From: a virus | Strand: one strand, 5' to 3' | DNA length: 64,000 nt | IMG/VR virus record: IMGVR_UViG_3300047325_000130 | Location: 1-64,000 of that record | Shown here: positions 62,473 to 64,000 of the stretch, in pieces | Position numbering within the stretch: the first letter of the stretch is position 1 | Layout of the letters: every line of letters starts with the position of its first letter | Made by a program: the position numbers and the translations under genes | The notes under the pieces: model-generated | What the model was told of the DNA's origin: nothing | Seen by the model: the letters and a program-made list of their open reading frames with translations, nothing else | Databases searched by the model: none

Positions 62473-62802
62473 ATGGCAAGTGCTCGCAGTACCATATCGG
62501 ACCGATCTATGATTCTTTTCAAATTGACTTTAACGAATCCGTTTATTAAAGAGAAATTTATTTCTGGTTGGGATAAATTTTATAAACTTAATAAACATAA
62601 AGTATTTGAGATTGATACTCATTATTATTCTAAATCTTTGTTCGAATTAGATGTAGATTTAAATTGGCTAGGGAGGGATCATGCTGGTCCAGAAATCTCA
62701 ATAGCACTGTTTGGGTTTACTATTCGTTTAGTAATTTATGACATTCGGCATTGGGATTATGATAAAAACACCTGGCTTACGGAGAAGAGTAATGCGTTTT
62801 AA
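62473..62802 (+). CDS. Hypothetical protein (DHAGP...YD.RHW)
   Basis: Operon ORF. Confidence 0.6.
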   Translation: MASARSTISDRSMILFKLTLTNPFIKEKFISGWDKFYKLNKHKVFEIDTHYYSKSLFELDVDLNWLGRDHAGPEISIALFGFTIRLVIYDIRHWDYDKNTWLTEKSNAF

Positions 62803-63070
62803 ACAGTTGTCTCCCAAGTTCTTTCCATTTTTAGGAGCAATAATTTTACTTGTATTTTCAATTAAATGGACTACAAATTGGACACAAGATGAACTTGGTT
62901 GGGTCTGCAGCGGTCTCAAAATGATTTTTCAGCATTTAACAGGTACTCCGTTAATTAACGATACAGTGCATATTTCATTCGTTGTGGCATTGCTCATAAA
63001 TGTATTTACATGCTTTAGTATGTTGGTATTTGATTTTTGGATTTGGGTTGTACATGCAATTTTTGGATAA
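62792..63070 (+). CDS. Small two-TM membrane protein
   Basis: GGAG RBS; two hydrophobic segments. Confidence 0.55.
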   Translation: MRFKQLSPKFFPFLGAIILLVFSIKWTTNWTQDELGWVCSGLKMIFQHLTGTPLINDTVHISFVVALLINVFTCFSMLVFDFWIWVVHAIFG

Positions 63071-63090
63071 AATATCCAAATAAATATTAT

Positions 63091-63217
63091 TGTGGTAAGG
63101 AAAGTCTACCTACCGGTTGGCGCCGACAGAGTAGGTAGAGCAGGGATTGCAACTCTGTAAACGGAGAATGGGAAAACGGAGCGGACTTAACGTAGTTTGA
63201 TACCTCACCGGCCACAT
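63091..63217 (+). ncRNA. Candidate ~125-nt structured late ncRNA
   Basis: TAAATA directly upstream (63081); closing stem TGTGGT/GCCACA; internal stems TCTACCTAC/GTAGGTAGA, CAGGG/CTCTG and AAGTC/GACTT; GC-rich, no ORF. Confidence 0.5.
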
Positions 63218-63249
63218 GTTAAATAAATATAGGATAACTTGGGTATTAT

Positions 63250-64000
63250 ATGAGAATTAGTGACTTAACAGAAAATTTAGTAGAATCGTATAGTTTGAAT
63301 AGTTCTCGTATAGAACATCCGGAAGACCTGGTCTTAGAAGCTGCTGGATCAGGTGCAATCCAAGCGGTTAGAGCATTAGAGTACGCAGTATCAAATCCAG
63401 ATTCAATAACTTTTAAACCAGACGGCAAGCCTGCTATTATTTGGGGGAAAGACGAGAACGGATTTACAATGGGCGACAAATATATGTTCAAAAAACAAAC
63501 AATGCCCAGGTCAGTAACTGAAATCGACGCTATACTATTAAGTCGCCGCGGTGGCGGCCGAGAAGACTTAATTGATATGTATAAAAGACTTTGGCCAATA
63601 TTTGAACAATCACTTAAACCAGAATTTAAAGGTTTTGTGATGGGAGATTTAATGTGGAATAAAACTCCCACCATTGTCAAATCAAATTATGAATTTAAAC
63701 CAAATACGGTAACATATACTGTAGAAGTTAATTCTGAATTAGGGCAAGAAATTAGTAAGAGCATTGCTGGTATTGTCGCTCATAGTTATTTTTCTAGTAT
63801 AGGCGGCACTGGATCACATATTCTTGATTTTAACCAATTGAATACAAATGGTAAATTATTGATAATTAGTGATCATTTTACCAGCTCACCAAACATAGTA
63901 AGACCTATTAAGCTAACTCAATTGGAAGATTTTGTATTGCAACAAAGACCTTTAATCAATGCATTCTTTCAATCCGGTATACAAGATCTCGGCGGAATAT
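63250..64000 (+). CDS. DUF6267-like late protein (partial, runs off window)
   Basis: MRISDLTE...RIEHPEDLV...TFKPDGKPAIIWG; TAAATA at 63224. Confidence 0.7.
   Translation, partial: MRISDLTENLVESYSLNSSRIEHPEDLVLEAAGSGAIQAVRALEYAVSNPDSITFKPDGKPAIIWGKDENGFTMGDKYMFKKQTMPRSVTEIDAILLSRRGGGREDLIDMYKRLWPIFEQSLKPEFKGFVMGDLMWNKTPTIVKSNYEFKPNTVTYTVEVNSELGQEISKSIAGIVAHSYFSSIGGTGSHILDFNQLNTNGKLLIISDHFTSSPNIVRPIKLTQLEDFVLQQRPLINAFFQSGIQDLGGI

Noticed and set aside
63120-63217. Canonical tRNA (Ala/Cys), tmRNA or RNase P RNA
   Set aside because: It has GGTAGAGCA and AGGAAAGTC fragments but no TTCRA T-arm, no proper acceptor stem or CCA, and is too short for RNase P. Kept only as an unknown ncRNA.
61777-63680. 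Minus-strand ORFs 61777..62322 and 63246..63680
   Set aside because: They are antisense to DNA ligase and to the DUF6267-like gene, which carry the conserved motifs.
1-64000. Stop-codon reassignment (alternative genetic code)
   Set aside because: Long genes are intact in code 11; TAG, TGA and TAA all end genes at homologous positions; the broken genes are frameshifts, not in-frame stops.

Overview
This window is a 64-kb, AT-rich segment of a jumbo (T4-like/'huge') dsDNA bacteriophage that uses the standard genetic code. The host is probably an alphaproteobacterium, inferred from the GltX sequence, the GCTA-type sigma70 promoters and the leaderless genes. Left to right it contains: (1) a proteostasis/translation block (intein-containing ClpA, peptide deformylase, DnaJ, glutamyl-tRNA synthetase, a T4-holin-like GAF protein, a sugar nucleotidyltransferase, a kinase-like protein); (2) a ~28-kb late virion-fibre cluster with collagen-like fibres, a beta-helix tailspike, a 4x lectin-domain adhesin and a 4437-aa mosaic fibre; (3) RyR-domain and degenerate heme-oxygenase genes, then a tandem array of five variable-LRR genes, the last a pseudogene; (4) Hsp20 with a ROSE-like leader and a vWA operon with a structured leader; (5) a NAD+ salvage pair (NadM-Nudix + NAMPT), each gene preceded by the same twin-hairpin element; (6) a GC-rich, recently acquired and decaying island; (7) a divergent early region with repeated TTGGTTGAC promoters; (8) an HD hydrolase, an ArfA-like peptide, DNA ligase and a candidate structured ncRNA. 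The strongest candidates for undescribed biology are: the VLR-like LRR cassette array with shuffled modules; the ClpA mini-intein with an internal RBS+ATG at the atypical split position; the GAUAGAC-loop operator on both NAD genes; three unexplained structured RNAs; and a plug-and-socket chain of fibre proteins. All product calls come from motif recognition by eye; no database searches were run.
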